Assembly (NCBI GenBank): GCA_038998335.1
Contig: JAVZHQ010000001.1
Coordinates: 704,001-768,000 of the forward strand
Source: Candidatus Aenigmatarchaeota archaeon
Lineage (GTDB): Archaea; Aenigmatarchaeota; Aenigmatarchaeia; CG10238-14; SCSR01
Direction of reading: 5' to 3'
Length of the DNA stretch: 64,000 nucleotides
Position 1 is the stretch's first letter; every line of letters starts with the position of its first letter. Below are positions 20,071 through 29,369 of the stretch, piece after piece. The translations under genes and the position numbers were made by a program. The notes below the pieces were generated by a model. It saw only the letters and a program-made list of their open reading frames with translations, had not been told where the DNA came from and did not search any database.

Positions 20071-20217
20071 TTAAATTTTTCTTAACACAATAACTAACTC
20101 TTGACAAGGAAAGAATATCGGAATTTCCTCGTAAATAAACGGAAGTTTATTAGCAAACCATTCTAAGAATTTTCCGTATGTTGAAGCTAATACTTTACCC
20201 CTTAGGTTTATTTCCTT
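20071..20217 (-). pseudogene. orphan 3' end of a methyltransferase homologous to 20334..20936
   Basis: translates KEINLRGKVLASTYGKFLEWFANKLPFIYEEIPIFFPCQELVIVLRKI*; no start codon. Confidence 0.8.
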
Positions 20218-20477
20218 TAACTTGATTTTTCATTTCTGTTTTAGTTTCTCTAAATTTTTAGTTATACCGCTTGTTAAAAATAATAAGAAAGCTAAAGTAG
20301 ACAGAAGAAGAAAACTATTTTTGGTAGATGTAATTAAATTTTTTTCATTATTACTACCAAATCAGGAATTGGGAAAAATACAGGAACTTGTTCATAAATA
20401 AACGGAAGTTTATTAGCAAACCATTCTAAGAATTTTCCGTATGTTGAAGCTAATACTTTACCCCTTAGGTTTATTTC
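20132..20477. repeat. 83-bp identical direct repeat (20132-20214 and 20395-20477)
   Basis: both copies read TAAATAAACGGAAG...CTTAGGTTTATTTC. Confidence 0.93.
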
Positions 20478-20936
20478 TTTTCTTTGCCAATCATGATATT
20501 CAAATTTTCTCTTTAAAATTTTAAAATGAAAACCAAAGTCGATAAAAAATTTATTGTTTTTTTCAAAGTATTCGAAAGTCTCGTAAGAAATAAAATGTTT
20601 ATGTGTGGGATCTCTAAATGAACCTTTATGCTTAAAATGAGGTAATCTTGCAAACAAAAGTCCTTGGGGTTTTAAAACTCTATGAATTTCTTTCATTACC
20701 GATACTAAATCACTAGCGTGCTCTAGAAAATGAGAAGCAAAAACAATGTCATACTCGTTAGATTTAGCAAATTCCCAAGGGATTTTATCCAAATCGTAGT
20801 TTATATCTGCGGGTGAATACTTATCTACCGATATTATTCTTATTTTGTTTTTAAACTCGATAAAATCTTTAAGATAGGTATACAAATATTCATTTGTTAC
20901 TTTGAACTTACCACTACCTATGTCCAACACTTTCAT
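20334..20936 (-). CDS. class I SAM-dependent methyltransferase (Methyltransf_11-like)
   Basis: MKVLDIGSG (ATG at 20936), SHFLEH, EIHRVLKP.G, DPTH. Confidence 0.88.
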   Translation of the reverse strand: MKVLDIGSGKFKVTNEYLYTYLKDFIEFKNKIRIISVDKYSPADINYDLDKIPWEFAKSNEYDIVFASHFLEHASDLVSVMKEIHRVLKPQGLLFARLPHFKHKGSFRDPTHKHFISYETFEYFEKNNKFFIDFGFHFKILKRKFEYHDWQRKEINLRGKVLASTYGKFLEWFANKLPFIYEQVPVFFPIPDLVVIMKKI

Positions 20937-21924
20937 ATATTTTTTCATGTTGTCTTGCAAAATTTTCCCATGTAAATTTTTTTGCATATTTCATACCTTC
21001 TTTAGCTATATATTTATATTTTTTCTTGTCTTCTGTAAGTTCTAAAATTTTCTTTACCATATCCGTTGGGTCCTTACAGGCAATAGCTTTTTTCCTCGTT
21101 TCTTTAGGTATTTTTGCGTCTCTAAGAATTAAAGTTGGAATACCGCAAGCCTGTGCCTCAATAATTGGAAGACCAAATCCTTCGTACAAGGAAGGAAAAA
21201 TAAAAAAATCAAATGAATTGTATAAATCGACGAGTTTTTCTTCCTCTATATTACCAAGAATTACTATATCTTTCAGGTTTTTTGGTATTTGCTTATCTAT
21301 ATATGTTTGAAAAAACGCAGGAGAAGTACCACCTGCTAAAATTAATTTACAGTCTATTTTCTTTTTAAGTATCTTAAATACTTCTATTGCCTTATCAACA
21401 CCCTTTCTGATCGAAAAATTAGAAAAGAAACCTAAAGTAACTTTCTCTTTTTCTATGCGTTTTGGTTTGAATTTTTTATCTACACCAGGAGGAATTATAA
21501 TAGATTTACGATTGAAATATTTTTTGACTTCTTCAGCAGTTTGTGAAGAATTTGCAATTATAATCTTACATTTTGAGGCCAATCTCCACATCGCTTTTGT
21601 ATAAAACTCTGAAATAGAAGAGAACTTATACCTAAATTTTTTGCCAAACTCAAAAGGAATAAAATCATGAAAGGTAACTATGGTTTTTTTCCAAGGGATA
21701 AATGGTAGAAAAGAAGCACTTTCTGGAACAAGGGAATGGACTATATCTGAAGTGCTCAGTAACTCTTTTAAAGGAACTTTAATTAAATTATCCCAAATTA
21801 AAGGTAAATCTCCATAAACCTCAAAGATTTCTTCATACTTTACTCTTTTAATAAGCTCTGAGGAAATTCGAGCTATTCCTTTAAATTTTGGGACATCTAA
21901 ACTAGGAACGATAAGAAGAACCAC
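20914..21924 (-). CDS. glycosyltransferase family 4
   Basis: RKG, FPSLYEGFGLPIIEAQACG, KFTWE; GGTGA SD upstream. Confidence 0.92.
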   Translation of the reverse strand: MVLLIVPSLDVPKFKGIARISSELIKRVKYEEIFEVYGDLPLIWDNLIKVPLKELLSTSDIVHSLVPESASFLPFIPWKKTIVTFHDFIPFEFGKKFRYKFSSISEFYTKAMWRLASKCKIIIANSSQTAEEVKKYFNRKSIIIPPGVDKKFKPKRIEKEKVTLGFFSNFSIRKGVDKAIEVFKILKKKIDCKLILAGGTSPAFFQTYIDKQIPKNLKDIVILGNIEEEKLVDLYNSFDFFIFPSLYEGFGLPIIEAQACGIPTLILRDAKIPKETRKKAIACKDPTDMVKKILELTEDKKKYKYIAKEGMKYAKKFTWENFARQHEKIYESVGHR

Positions 21925-21928
21925 TATA

Positions 21929-22010
21929 TCACCTTAATAAATATTTTATTCCAAACAAAACTCCAAGAGTTTGACCTATTACTCTTAAAAAATAGAAAAA
22001 AATACCTTTT
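21929..22010 (-). pseudogene. possible C-terminal remnant of a GT2 membrane glycosyltransferase
   Basis: reads GIFFYFLRVIGQTLGVLFGIKYLLR*, resembling FIFFLRTLAWSLGLALGLK of the GT2 at 13952. Confidence 0.4.
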
Positions 22011-22068
22011 GACTTTAAAGCTTCTTGTTCAGGCCATCTGCTTTCTCTGCTTATCTTGAATTTAAAGG

Positions 22069-23814
22069 GTGGGTTTAAAAATAAAACTTTCATTTTCTCT
22101 ACCTAAACTTTATAATAATAAAGGAGTAGAATTTAAAAAGATAAACTTGAAGGAAATAGAACTAACAATAGAGACAAAACATTTAAGAATTATTTCTTTG
22201 TTTGGAATTTTGATAGCTTTGTTAGTAGCTGAAATAGTTTGGCCTTGGAATACGCCAATAAACTTTGGTGACGAAGGCTACCATACAATACTTATTCAAT
22301 GGCTCTCTAACAAAAAAGAATTTCCAGTTTGGACTCCTTTCTTTTCTACAGAAACAACAAAAAGTGGGATAACAGGAGCTTATCTTTACCATCTAGCAAC
22401 TGCTGGTTTTATGCTTTTTGGTTTTCAAGAAGGTTTTGTTAGGTTTATAGTTCCTTTTTGTGCCATTCTTTCAGGCTTAGCTGTTTTTGTCCTTGCAAAA
22501 AGGATTTTTAACGAAAACGTTGGCTGGTTTGCTGCAATTATTTTAGTAACATTTCCTTCTTTCGTAACCTATTCAGTTTTTCTTTATAGAGATGCCTTCT
22601 TTACTTTTTACCTAACAGTTTTCTTCCTAACTTTCATTCTGGCCATAAAAGAAAATAGCAAAAAGTATTGGCTCTTATCTGGAGTCTTTGGAGCATTTAC
22701 CATATTCTCAAAAACTGCAGGTTTCGGGATTTTATTCTTCGTTGCTTTTGTTTTTCTTTATGAGATTTTTACAGAAAAGAAATTTTTCCAAACTTTTAAA
22801 AAGTACCTGATTTGGTTTGGTGTCGTGATTTTAATTCTAGCTTTGCCATACTTAAGAAACATTTATTATTTTAAAAGTCTTTGCTACTATCCTTATTACC
22901 CAAGCTTTTTCGACAAGTTTCCTTTACTTAACAATAAAGGTTGTAACATAGATTTATATGAGGAAAAGCATCAGTTTGCAGGAAGGGTTGAGCAGGTAGG
23001 AACAGAAGCAAATGTTTTTGCTATTGGCTTAACTTCTTATCTTGAATTTGCATACGGAAATCTTTTTATCTTATTTTTCCCTTTCTTGGCAGGGGTTTTT
23101 CTCCTTTACTTTTGGAGAAAAAAAACTGACATTCTAGTTTTGTTGATTTTGCTAAGCTTAATTCCAATATTTTTCATTTCAGTAGGAAGGGCTGAAGACA
23201 CAGCAAGGTATACTTTAGGATGGGCTCCAATAATAGCTTTAGTTTCTGGCCTTTGGTTCGATGAAGCAAACAAATTCTTGAATAAATATTACAAGTATCT
23301 TGGAGTTATTGTTTTTGTTTTAGTCTTGATTTATTCGATTTGGGGTTTAAGATTTTTAGGAATAAGTGGTTATGGTTTTCTTGACAGAGTTAATGTTTTA
23401 CTTCAGGTCAGACAATTTTCTTCTTTATTCTTTGATGCTTGTAAATGGGTAAAAGAAAATTTGCCAGAAAACGTTAGACTTATGACAATTTGGTGTTATA
23501 GGGCTGTGTATAATTGTCAAAGAAACGCCGCGGGTAATCTTGCAGATATTGCCCTAAGCAAAGATTTAAACACTACTTTAGAAGCAGCAAAAGCTAATGG
23601 TATAACTCATATTTTCATTCAAAAGTTTAGCATCGATCCAGCAAACAAACATTACTTGGAGCATTATGACTTAGAGTTTGTTCAGTTTTTAGAAGCTAAC
23701 CCAGAACATTTTGTTAAAGTTTATGAGAATGGTCCTTCCTTACAAGAATGCCAACTCTACTGGCAAAGGGGCTATCAGTGTGATGGAAATATAATTTATG
23801 AAATTAAGTATTAG
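22069..23814 (+). CDS. GT-C fold glycosyltransferase (GT39/ArnT/PMT-like)
   Basis: FGDEGYH in first external loop, many TM helices, ARY.L, W...NLP C-terminal soluble domain. Confidence 0.8.
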   Translation: MGLKIKLSFSLPKLYNNKGVEFKKINLKEIELTIETKHLRIISLFGILIALLVAEIVWPWNTPINFGDEGYHTILIQWLSNKKEFPVWTPFFSTETTKSGITGAYLYHLATAGFMLFGFQEGFVRFIVPFCAILSGLAVFVLAKRIFNENVGWFAAIILVTFPSFVTYSVFLYRDAFFTFYLTVFFLTFILAIKENSKKYWLLSGVFGAFTIFSKTAGFGILFFVAFVFLYEIFTEKKFFQTFKKYLIWFGVVILILALPYLRNIYYFKSLCYYPYYPSFFDKFPLLNNKGCNIDLYEEKHQFAGRVEQVGTEANVFAIGLTSYLEFAYGNLFILFFPFLAGVFLLYFWRKKTDILVLLILLSLIPIFFISVGRAEDTARYTLGWAPIIALVSGLWFDEANKFLNKYYKYLGVIVFVLVLIYSIWGLRFLGISGYGFLDRVNVLLQVRQFSSLFFDACKWVKENLPENVRLMTIWCYRAVYNCQRNAAGNLADIALSKDLNTTLEAAKANGITHIFIQKFSIDPANKHYLEHYDLEFVQFLEANPEHFVKVYENGPSLQECQLYWQRGYQCDGNIIYEIKY

Positions 23815-24815
23815 TGGGGGTTATGAGCGATTCAATCCTTATCAATTTATTTTTGTTGATAATTTCTACTTCTTTTTTTGCAACGTTTTTCCTTACAAAA
23901 TTGTGGATAAGAATTGCTAAAAAATCAAGGCTTGCAGGAAAAGATTTAAACAAGTATAACAAACCTGAAATTCCTGAAGCTGGGGGAATAGCTTTTGTTA
24001 TTGGAACAACATTTGCAATTCTTCTTTACATTTTCATAAAAACTTTTTACTTGTTATCAACATCAAACTTGGTTGAAATTTTAGCTGTTCTTTTAACTTT
24101 GCTTTTAGCTGGATTTCTCGGGTTTATTGATGACATTTTGGGTTGGAAGAAAGGTTTAGCCCAATGGCAAAAACCTTTGCTTACCATTCCAATAGCTATT
24201 CCTTTGATGGTAATTAACGCTGGAAATTCAGTTATGAGCATTCCTTTTTTTGGACGGGTAGATTTTGGAATTTTATATCCTCTTTTAATAGTTCCTGTAG
24301 GAATTGTAGGTGCTGCTAACGGCTTTAACATGCTCGCAGGCCTTAATGGATTAGAAGCTTCTATTGGTTTAATAATTCTTAGCACCTTAGGAGTTTTTAC
24401 TTGGCTTTTAAATTCTTTATGGGTTGCTACAATTGCTTTTTCGGCAGTTTTTAGCTTAATCGCTTTCTTGATTTTTAACAAGTATCCTGCGAAAGTATTC
24501 CCTGGTAACACTCTTACTTATGCTACAGGAGCTTTAATCGCTTGCATAGCAATCTTGGGAAACATGGAAAAAATAGCTGTTTTTCTCTTTATTCCTTACT
24601 TTCTTGAGTTTTTGATAAAAGCAAAGAATAAGTTTAAAACTGAATGTTTTGGTATACCACAAAAAAACGGAAGCTTAAAAGCTCCTGAAAGAATAGGCTC
24701 TTTAACTCATGTTTTTCTAAAATTTGTTAGAAGCGAAAAAGGAGTTGTTTTTTCTATTGTAACAATAGAATTACTACTTGTTTTTCTAGCCTTTATTTTC
24801 TTCAAGCCGTTTTGA
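23814..24815 (+). CDS. UDP-GlcNAc:dolichyl-phosphate GlcNAc-1-phosphotransferase (AglH/MraY/WecA superfamily)
   Basis: G.DLNK..KPEIPEAGG, GFIDD, NGFNMLAGLNGLE, PAKVFPGN. Confidence 0.9.
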   Translation: MGVMSDSILINLFLLIISTSFFATFFLTKLWIRIAKKSRLAGKDLNKYNKPEIPEAGGIAFVIGTTFAILLYIFIKTFYLLSTSNLVEILAVLLTLLLAGFLGFIDDILGWKKGLAQWQKPLLTIPIAIPLMVINAGNSVMSIPFFGRVDFGILYPLLIVPVGIVGAANGFNMLAGLNGLEASIGLIILSTLGVFTWLLNSLWVATIAFSAVFSLIAFLIFNKYPAKVFPGNTLTYATGALIACIAILGNMEKIAVFLFIPYFLEFLIKAKNKFKTECFGIPQKNGSLKAPERIGSLTHVFLKFVRSEKGVVFSIVTIELLLVFLAFIFFKPF

Positions 24816-26306
24816 TAAAAAGCTTGCAAGTTTAAAGAAAAGGTTTTTGAAAAAAGGCGATCTTCTTCCTAAATAGTTTAGAATTCTAACTTCTTCTTTT
24901 TGGTAGAATTTAAGAGGAATAAGTAAAAGGAAGTAAAGTAAGCCTGAAAAAACAAGAACCGAAAGCTTTAGGTAAACTCTCAGGAAAAATATTTCTGAAG
25001 ATAGGAGCAAAAGTGCAAACGCAGAAGAAGCTAAGATAATCTTCATAAAAGGTTTTGCTAATTGTTTTACTCTAAGCAGTTTTTTAACGAAAGCATAGGT
25101 TACAAACAAATAGAAAAGCATAGAAAGAAAGTAAGCTAAAGCTAGGCCCCAAGAAGAGAAAAGGTATGTTAAAGGTATAGCTAATGAAAGGAACAAAGAA
25201 GTAAAAATAAGTGAAACATTTCTTGCAAGTTCTGTTTTTTTAATTCCATACAAACAAGTCAGGAAAAAGTTTCCAACACCAAAGAGTATAGAAGCCAAAG
25301 TAAGAATTGGTAAGAATTCAGAAGATTGAAGATAACTTTTACCAGCAAAAAATAGCACAAGCTCTTTTGAAAATATGGAAAAAACAAGAACAGAAGGAAT
25401 GGAAAACAAAAGAATGTAGCGAGTAACTATGCTTGTTAAGTAAGATTGCTTTTGCTCTTTTCCTTTAACAACAGAAAGCTGGGAAATTATTGGGAAAAAA
25501 GAGGCAGAAAAAATGTTTGGGATTAGAGTTATGACAAAAGAAGCTGTTAAGGCTGTACCAAAAATTCCTGTTGCCTCTGGATTCTGAACAAAAGTTAAGA
25601 TTACATACTGAGAGTTGTTTATGAACAAAGAGAAAATTCCCATAAAAAATGCTGGTAAAGCATAATTTTTAAGTATAAATTTTTTGTCTATGGAATTGGA
25701 AGAAAAAAACCATTTCTTTTCAAACCTTATAAAAAATCCTATTACATAGCTTAAGGCAAAGGGAATTAAAGCTCCTAGATAGCCAAAACCTAGGAAAAGA
25801 AGTAGAAAAGTGAGTAAAAATTTTAGGAAGTAGCTTACAGCATCTGAAACAAAATATTTTTTCATGTTTTGTAAACCGTAAAGAAGAGAGCCAGAAATTC
25901 CGTAGATTATTATTAGAAAGATAGAGATTAAAGCTAAAGCAAAAGAATCAAAAGGAAGCTTGAAAATTGAAGGAAAAGATAAATAGAAAAATGATATTGC
26001 TGCTAAGAAAAAGAGAAAAAGAATAGACGAAACAATAAGAGAAAATTTAAGCAATGTGCTAATTTTATCAAATTGTTTCTTTTGATAATATTCCGAAATA
26101 AGCTTTACGTTTGCTGTTCCAAAACCCAGAAAACAAATGTTTGAAGCTAGTAGAGAAAAGTTGGTAGCTGTCGCTGCTATTCCATATTCTCCTGGAGGTA
26201 AAAACCTCCACATTGTTAGGACATAAAAAAGGCTGAACAAGTTTATTGAAAACAACTGTAAGAAAAGGTAAAAAGCGTTTGAAAAAAGTTTTTTTTCTTC
26301 TTTCAT
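24786..26306 (-). CDS. oligosaccharide flippase (Wzx/MOP superfamily)
   Basis: ~14 TM helices, R.L.P.EYG, FFPIIS, glycosylation-locus context. Confidence 0.85.
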   Translation of the reverse strand: MKEEKKLFSNAFYLFLQLFSINLFSLFYVLTMWRFLPPGEYGIAATATNFSLLASNICFLGFGTANVKLISEYYQKKQFDKISTLLKFSLIVSSILFLFFLAAISFFYLSFPSIFKLPFDSFALALISIFLIIIYGISGSLLYGLQNMKKYFVSDAVSYFLKFLLTFLLLFLGFGYLGALIPFALSYVIGFFIRFEKKWFFSSNSIDKKFILKNYALPAFFMGIFSLFINNSQYVILTFVQNPEATGIFGTALTASFVITLIPNIFSASFFPIISQLSVVKGKEQKQSYLTSIVTRYILLFSIPSVLVFSIFSKELVLFFAGKSYLQSSEFLPILTLASILFGVGNFFLTCLYGIKKTELARNVSLIFTSLFLSLAIPLTYLFSSWGLALAYFLSMLFYLFVTYAFVKKLLRVKQLAKPFMKIILASSAFALLLLSSEIFFLRVYLKLSVLVFSGLLYFLLLIPLKFYQKEEVRILNYLGRRSPFFKNLFFKLASFLSKRLEENKG

Positions 26307-26462
26307 CCTTATTCACTATAAATCTTAAACCTTTCTTTTGTCGTTTTTTAAGTAGATGCTTCTAACTCTTGATTCCTCCTTTTTGGATAATTTTCTTACG
26401 TAAGATTTTTCATAAATTATTATTTATGATTTAAAATAGTTTTTAACATTCACTAATCATCC

Positions 26463-27782
26463 TTAAACCCATTCTAAGAGCCACTTCCAGAGAGGTAAAC
26501 AAGCAATTGTTTTATTGTTAGTTTTAATTTCATCTTCATAGTCCCATGTTATTAACAATAAATTTTTGCATTTTAACTCATTACTCGCTCTTATTAAAGC
26601 ATCAATCTCTCTTTTTTCAATTTCTCTTTTGTTAGAAGCATACGTTACTTGAATTAGTTTCTTAACATTCATGTTTTCTTTAACAACAAAATCTACTTCT
26701 CTTCCAGTATAATCTTTCCAGTAGAATATTTCGATTAGTGGGTTTTCAACATGTTTTCTTAGCAGTTCAAGGAAGACAACATTTTCAATCAACCTTCCAA
26801 TGTTTTCTGAAAACCTTAATCCCATAACGTTCGAAATCCCTGTATCTATGCAGTAAACCTTCCTAGGGGCCTTTTCTTGCATTTTAATAGATTTAGAAAA
26901 CACTTTGATGAAAAATATTAAAAAACTCGATTCAAGGTAGTAAGAAAACCTCTCTATCGTGCGCAAGGGCATACCTAAGAAGTTTTTAATTTTACCGAAT
27001 GTTATGAGATTAGAAATGTTTGTCACGTAGAATTTTGCAAGAGTTCTTAATTTTTCAACTTCCTTTATTTTAAATTTATTAACAATATCCCTTGTAAGTA
27101 TATCCTCATAATAATTCTGCAATATTTTGACTTTTTCTGTTTTCAAAACCACTTCAGGGAAACCTCCAAACTCTAAATACTCTCTAAGCAATTTCTTTAT
27201 TTCAATTCTTTTAGCTAGAAGTTCAAGCCTATCCTTTATCTCCAAACCTTTGAAGTTCAAGAAAGACTTAAAATCGAGTGGAAAAACAAACAAAGAAAGA
27301 TGCCTACCTGTTAAAAGAGTTGATAGCTCTTTCGTGGAAAGCTGAGAAGTTGAGCCTGAAACTACAAGAAATGCTTCTTTTTTTTCATGTAAACTCCTTA
27401 CGAATTTTTCCCATTCCTTAACCTTATGAACTTCATCTAAAAATATGTACGGCTTTTCTTTTGTCTTTTTGATTCTTTCTAAATAAACTTCAAGTATTTG
27501 TTGCAAGAGTTGAAGCGAAAATTCTGTGAACCTCAAGTCCTCAAAATTAACTATTAAAGTATCTCTTGAGTCAATATTTTTTTCTCGAATTAAATAATCT
27601 ACAAACTGTTTAAGGATTGTTGATTTTCCGCTTCTTCTTACGCCTATTACATCGACTATAAATCCTGTACTAACAAGTTTTTCCAGTCTTTTTAAATATT
27701 CAACACGCCTAATTCCAACATCTTGTTCCTTAACCCAAAAGTTCCAATCTAAAAGTATTGTCTCTATTTCTTCTTTTTTCAT
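26463..27782 (-). CDS. ATP-binding protein, AAA_14 plus DUF4143 (nuclease-like C-terminus)
   Basis: GVRRSGKST, FLDEVH, GGFPE, KVYCIDTG, EVDFV, LIQV. Confidence 0.9.
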   Translation of the reverse strand: MKKEEIETILLDWNFWVKEQDVGIRRVEYLKRLEKLVSTGFIVDVIGVRRSGKSTILKQFVDYLIREKNIDSRDTLIVNFEDLRFTEFSLQLLQQILEVYLERIKKTKEKPYIFLDEVHKVKEWEKFVRSLHEKKEAFLVVSGSTSQLSTKELSTLLTGRHLSLFVFPLDFKSFLNFKGLEIKDRLELLAKRIEIKKLLREYLEFGGFPEVVLKTEKVKILQNYYEDILTRDIVNKFKIKEVEKLRTLAKFYVTNISNLITFGKIKNFLGMPLRTIERFSYYLESSFLIFFIKVFSKSIKMQEKAPRKVYCIDTGISNVMGLRFSENIGRLIENVVFLELLRKHVENPLIEIFYWKDYTGREVDFVVKENMNVKKLIQVTYASNKREIEKREIDALIRASNELKCKNLLLITWDYEDEIKTNNKTIACLPLWKWLLEWV

Positions 27783-27811
27783 ACTTTTAAGTTAATGAGT
27801 TAATATATTTA

Positions 27812-27839
27812 AATTTTAGCTCACAAGTGAGCTAAAATT
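27812..27839. promoter_or_regulatory. perfect 13-bp inverted repeat, operator-like
   Basis: AATTTTAGCTCAC-AA-GTGAGCTAAAATT, 30 bp upstream of the ATPase start and abutting a TATA-like TAAATATA. Confidence 0.6.
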
Positions 27840-27972
27840 AATTTATAAGTACAACGTTCGTAAGTTTTGTTCTCTAACAAATGTAAACTCTAGGAAGATA
27901 AAATTTCCATACAAATTTTTTAGTTACGTTTCTTTTTTTCTTTTTAAAAGATTGAAAAAAGTTTGTCTCTTC

Positions 27973-29082
27973 TTATTCACTATAACTCTTAAAAGTTTCT
28001 CTTATCATTTTTTCTAAAGTAAAGTATTTTAAAACTCTTTTTCTTGCGTTTATTCCCATTCTTTTTCTTAATTCTTCGTTCTCTAAAAGGAAGAGAATTG
28101 CTTTCGCTAAAGCTTGAGGGTTTTTTGGCTCAACAACTAAGCCTGTTTTCATATGTTGATTAACCCAAGGTACTCCTGAACCTTTTAGGTTAGTTGAAAT
28201 TACTGGCTTACCACAAGCCATCGCTTCAAGTTGAGAAATACCGAAAGCTTCTGACTTGTGAATAGAAGGGAGAATAAAAATATCGCACAAATTATAGTAT
28301 TTAACTGCTTTTTTATCTGAAACTTTTCCGGTAAACTCAACAAAATTATTTATTCCTAAATTTTTTGCAAGCTTTTCTAGTTTTTTTCTTAGCTTACCTT
28401 CACCAACTATTAAAAGTATAAAGTCTTTTCTTTTTTCAGAAATGATTTTTATCGCTTCCAAAAGATATTCCAAACCTTTGTAGGGAAAAAGCCTTCCCAA
28501 AAAAAGTAAAACATTCTTTTTTGGTTTTTTGACCTTAATTGGTTTAAATTTTCTCGTGTCAACACCTAAAGGAATTATTTTAACTTTTCTCTTAAACTTT
28601 TTAAGAACAAGAGAACCTTCAACATAGTTTTGACTTGTAGCAATTATTTTTCTTGAAACTTTAAGTAAAGGAAAAAGGTAGATTCTTCGGAAAATTTCTC
28701 CCAAGAAATGAAAGAAAGTGTAGTAGATTATATCTGAATGATACGTTACAACAATTTTTGCCTTCCTATAGACTAAAGAATAAAGAAATAAGTTGAATTC
28801 GAACCATGGATTTGGAATGTGCAAGTGAATTATGTCTGGGTTAATTTTTTTAATTAGACAAACAAAAGGTGGAGTAAAAGGTAAATGAAGATAGTAAAAA
28901 ATTCTTGGCAAGCGAAAAACTTTTATTCCCTTAATTTTTTCATATTTGAATTTTTTGGAAGTATTTGAAACTACTACATAAACTTCATGTTTTTTACTTG
29001 CTTCTTTTGCTAAAATGTAAGTATAGTTTTCTATTCCCCCCTTTTCTGGATAAAAGTATTTACCCAAGTGTAAAATTTTCAT
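27973..29082 (-). CDS. glycosyltransferase family 4
   Basis: GKYFYPEKGGIE, GRLFPYKG, SEAFGISQLEAMACG. Confidence 0.92.
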   Translation of the reverse strand: MKILHLGKYFYPEKGGIENYTYILAKEASKKHEVYVVVSNTSKKFKYEKIKGIKVFRLPRIFYYLHLPFTPPFVCLIKKINPDIIHLHIPNPWFEFNLFLYSLVYRKAKIVVTYHSDIIYYTFFHFLGEIFRRIYLFPLLKVSRKIIATSQNYVEGSLVLKKFKRKVKIIPLGVDTRKFKPIKVKKPKKNVLLFLGRLFPYKGLEYLLEAIKIISEKRKDFILLIVGEGKLRKKLEKLAKNLGINNFVEFTGKVSDKKAVKYYNLCDIFILPSIHKSEAFGISQLEAMACGKPVISTNLKGSGVPWVNQHMKTGLVVEPKNPQALAKAILFLLENEELRKRMGINARKRVLKYFTLEKMIRETFKSYSE

Positions 29083-29088
29083 ATTTGA

Positions 29089-29238
29089 TTATTTTGTACA
29101 AATAAATAAAATGTTCATATACACAAACCAGAATCTCCCTATCTTGTATTCTTTAATTTTAAGGTCTACTTTCGTTAAAAGCTCACACATGCATTTGGGA
29201 GAGTAAAACCTTATATGAAGAGTCTTAAAACAAAAAAT
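29089..29238 (-). pseudogene. C-terminal remnant of a class I methyltransferase
   Basis: reads LHIRFYSPKCMCELLTKVDLKIKEYKIGRFWFVYMNILFICTK* with an in-frame stop just upstream. Confidence 0.5.
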
Positions 29239-29369
29239 CTAAAATAGGTTTATCTTTGAAATAACTTAAGGTAGAGGAAATAGGAATTGGTAGTAGTGGG
29301 TTAAAGATTATTAAACTAATGTTTAACTCGTTTGAATTAATTTAACTTTATTTAAAATAAAATTTTATT

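Noticed and set aside
20003-20107. N-terminal extension of the epimerase in the ORF track
   Set aside because: The Rossmann motif begins at ATG 20002; the extension overlaps the methyltransferase remnant
20071-20477. Diversity-generating retroelement template/variable repeat pair
   Set aside because: The shared part is identical, the diverged part is not adenine-specific, and there is no reverse transcriptase in the window
26310-26460. Possible small gene between the flippase and the ATPase
   Set aside because: The ATG is followed by a stop after five codons and there is no recognisable homology
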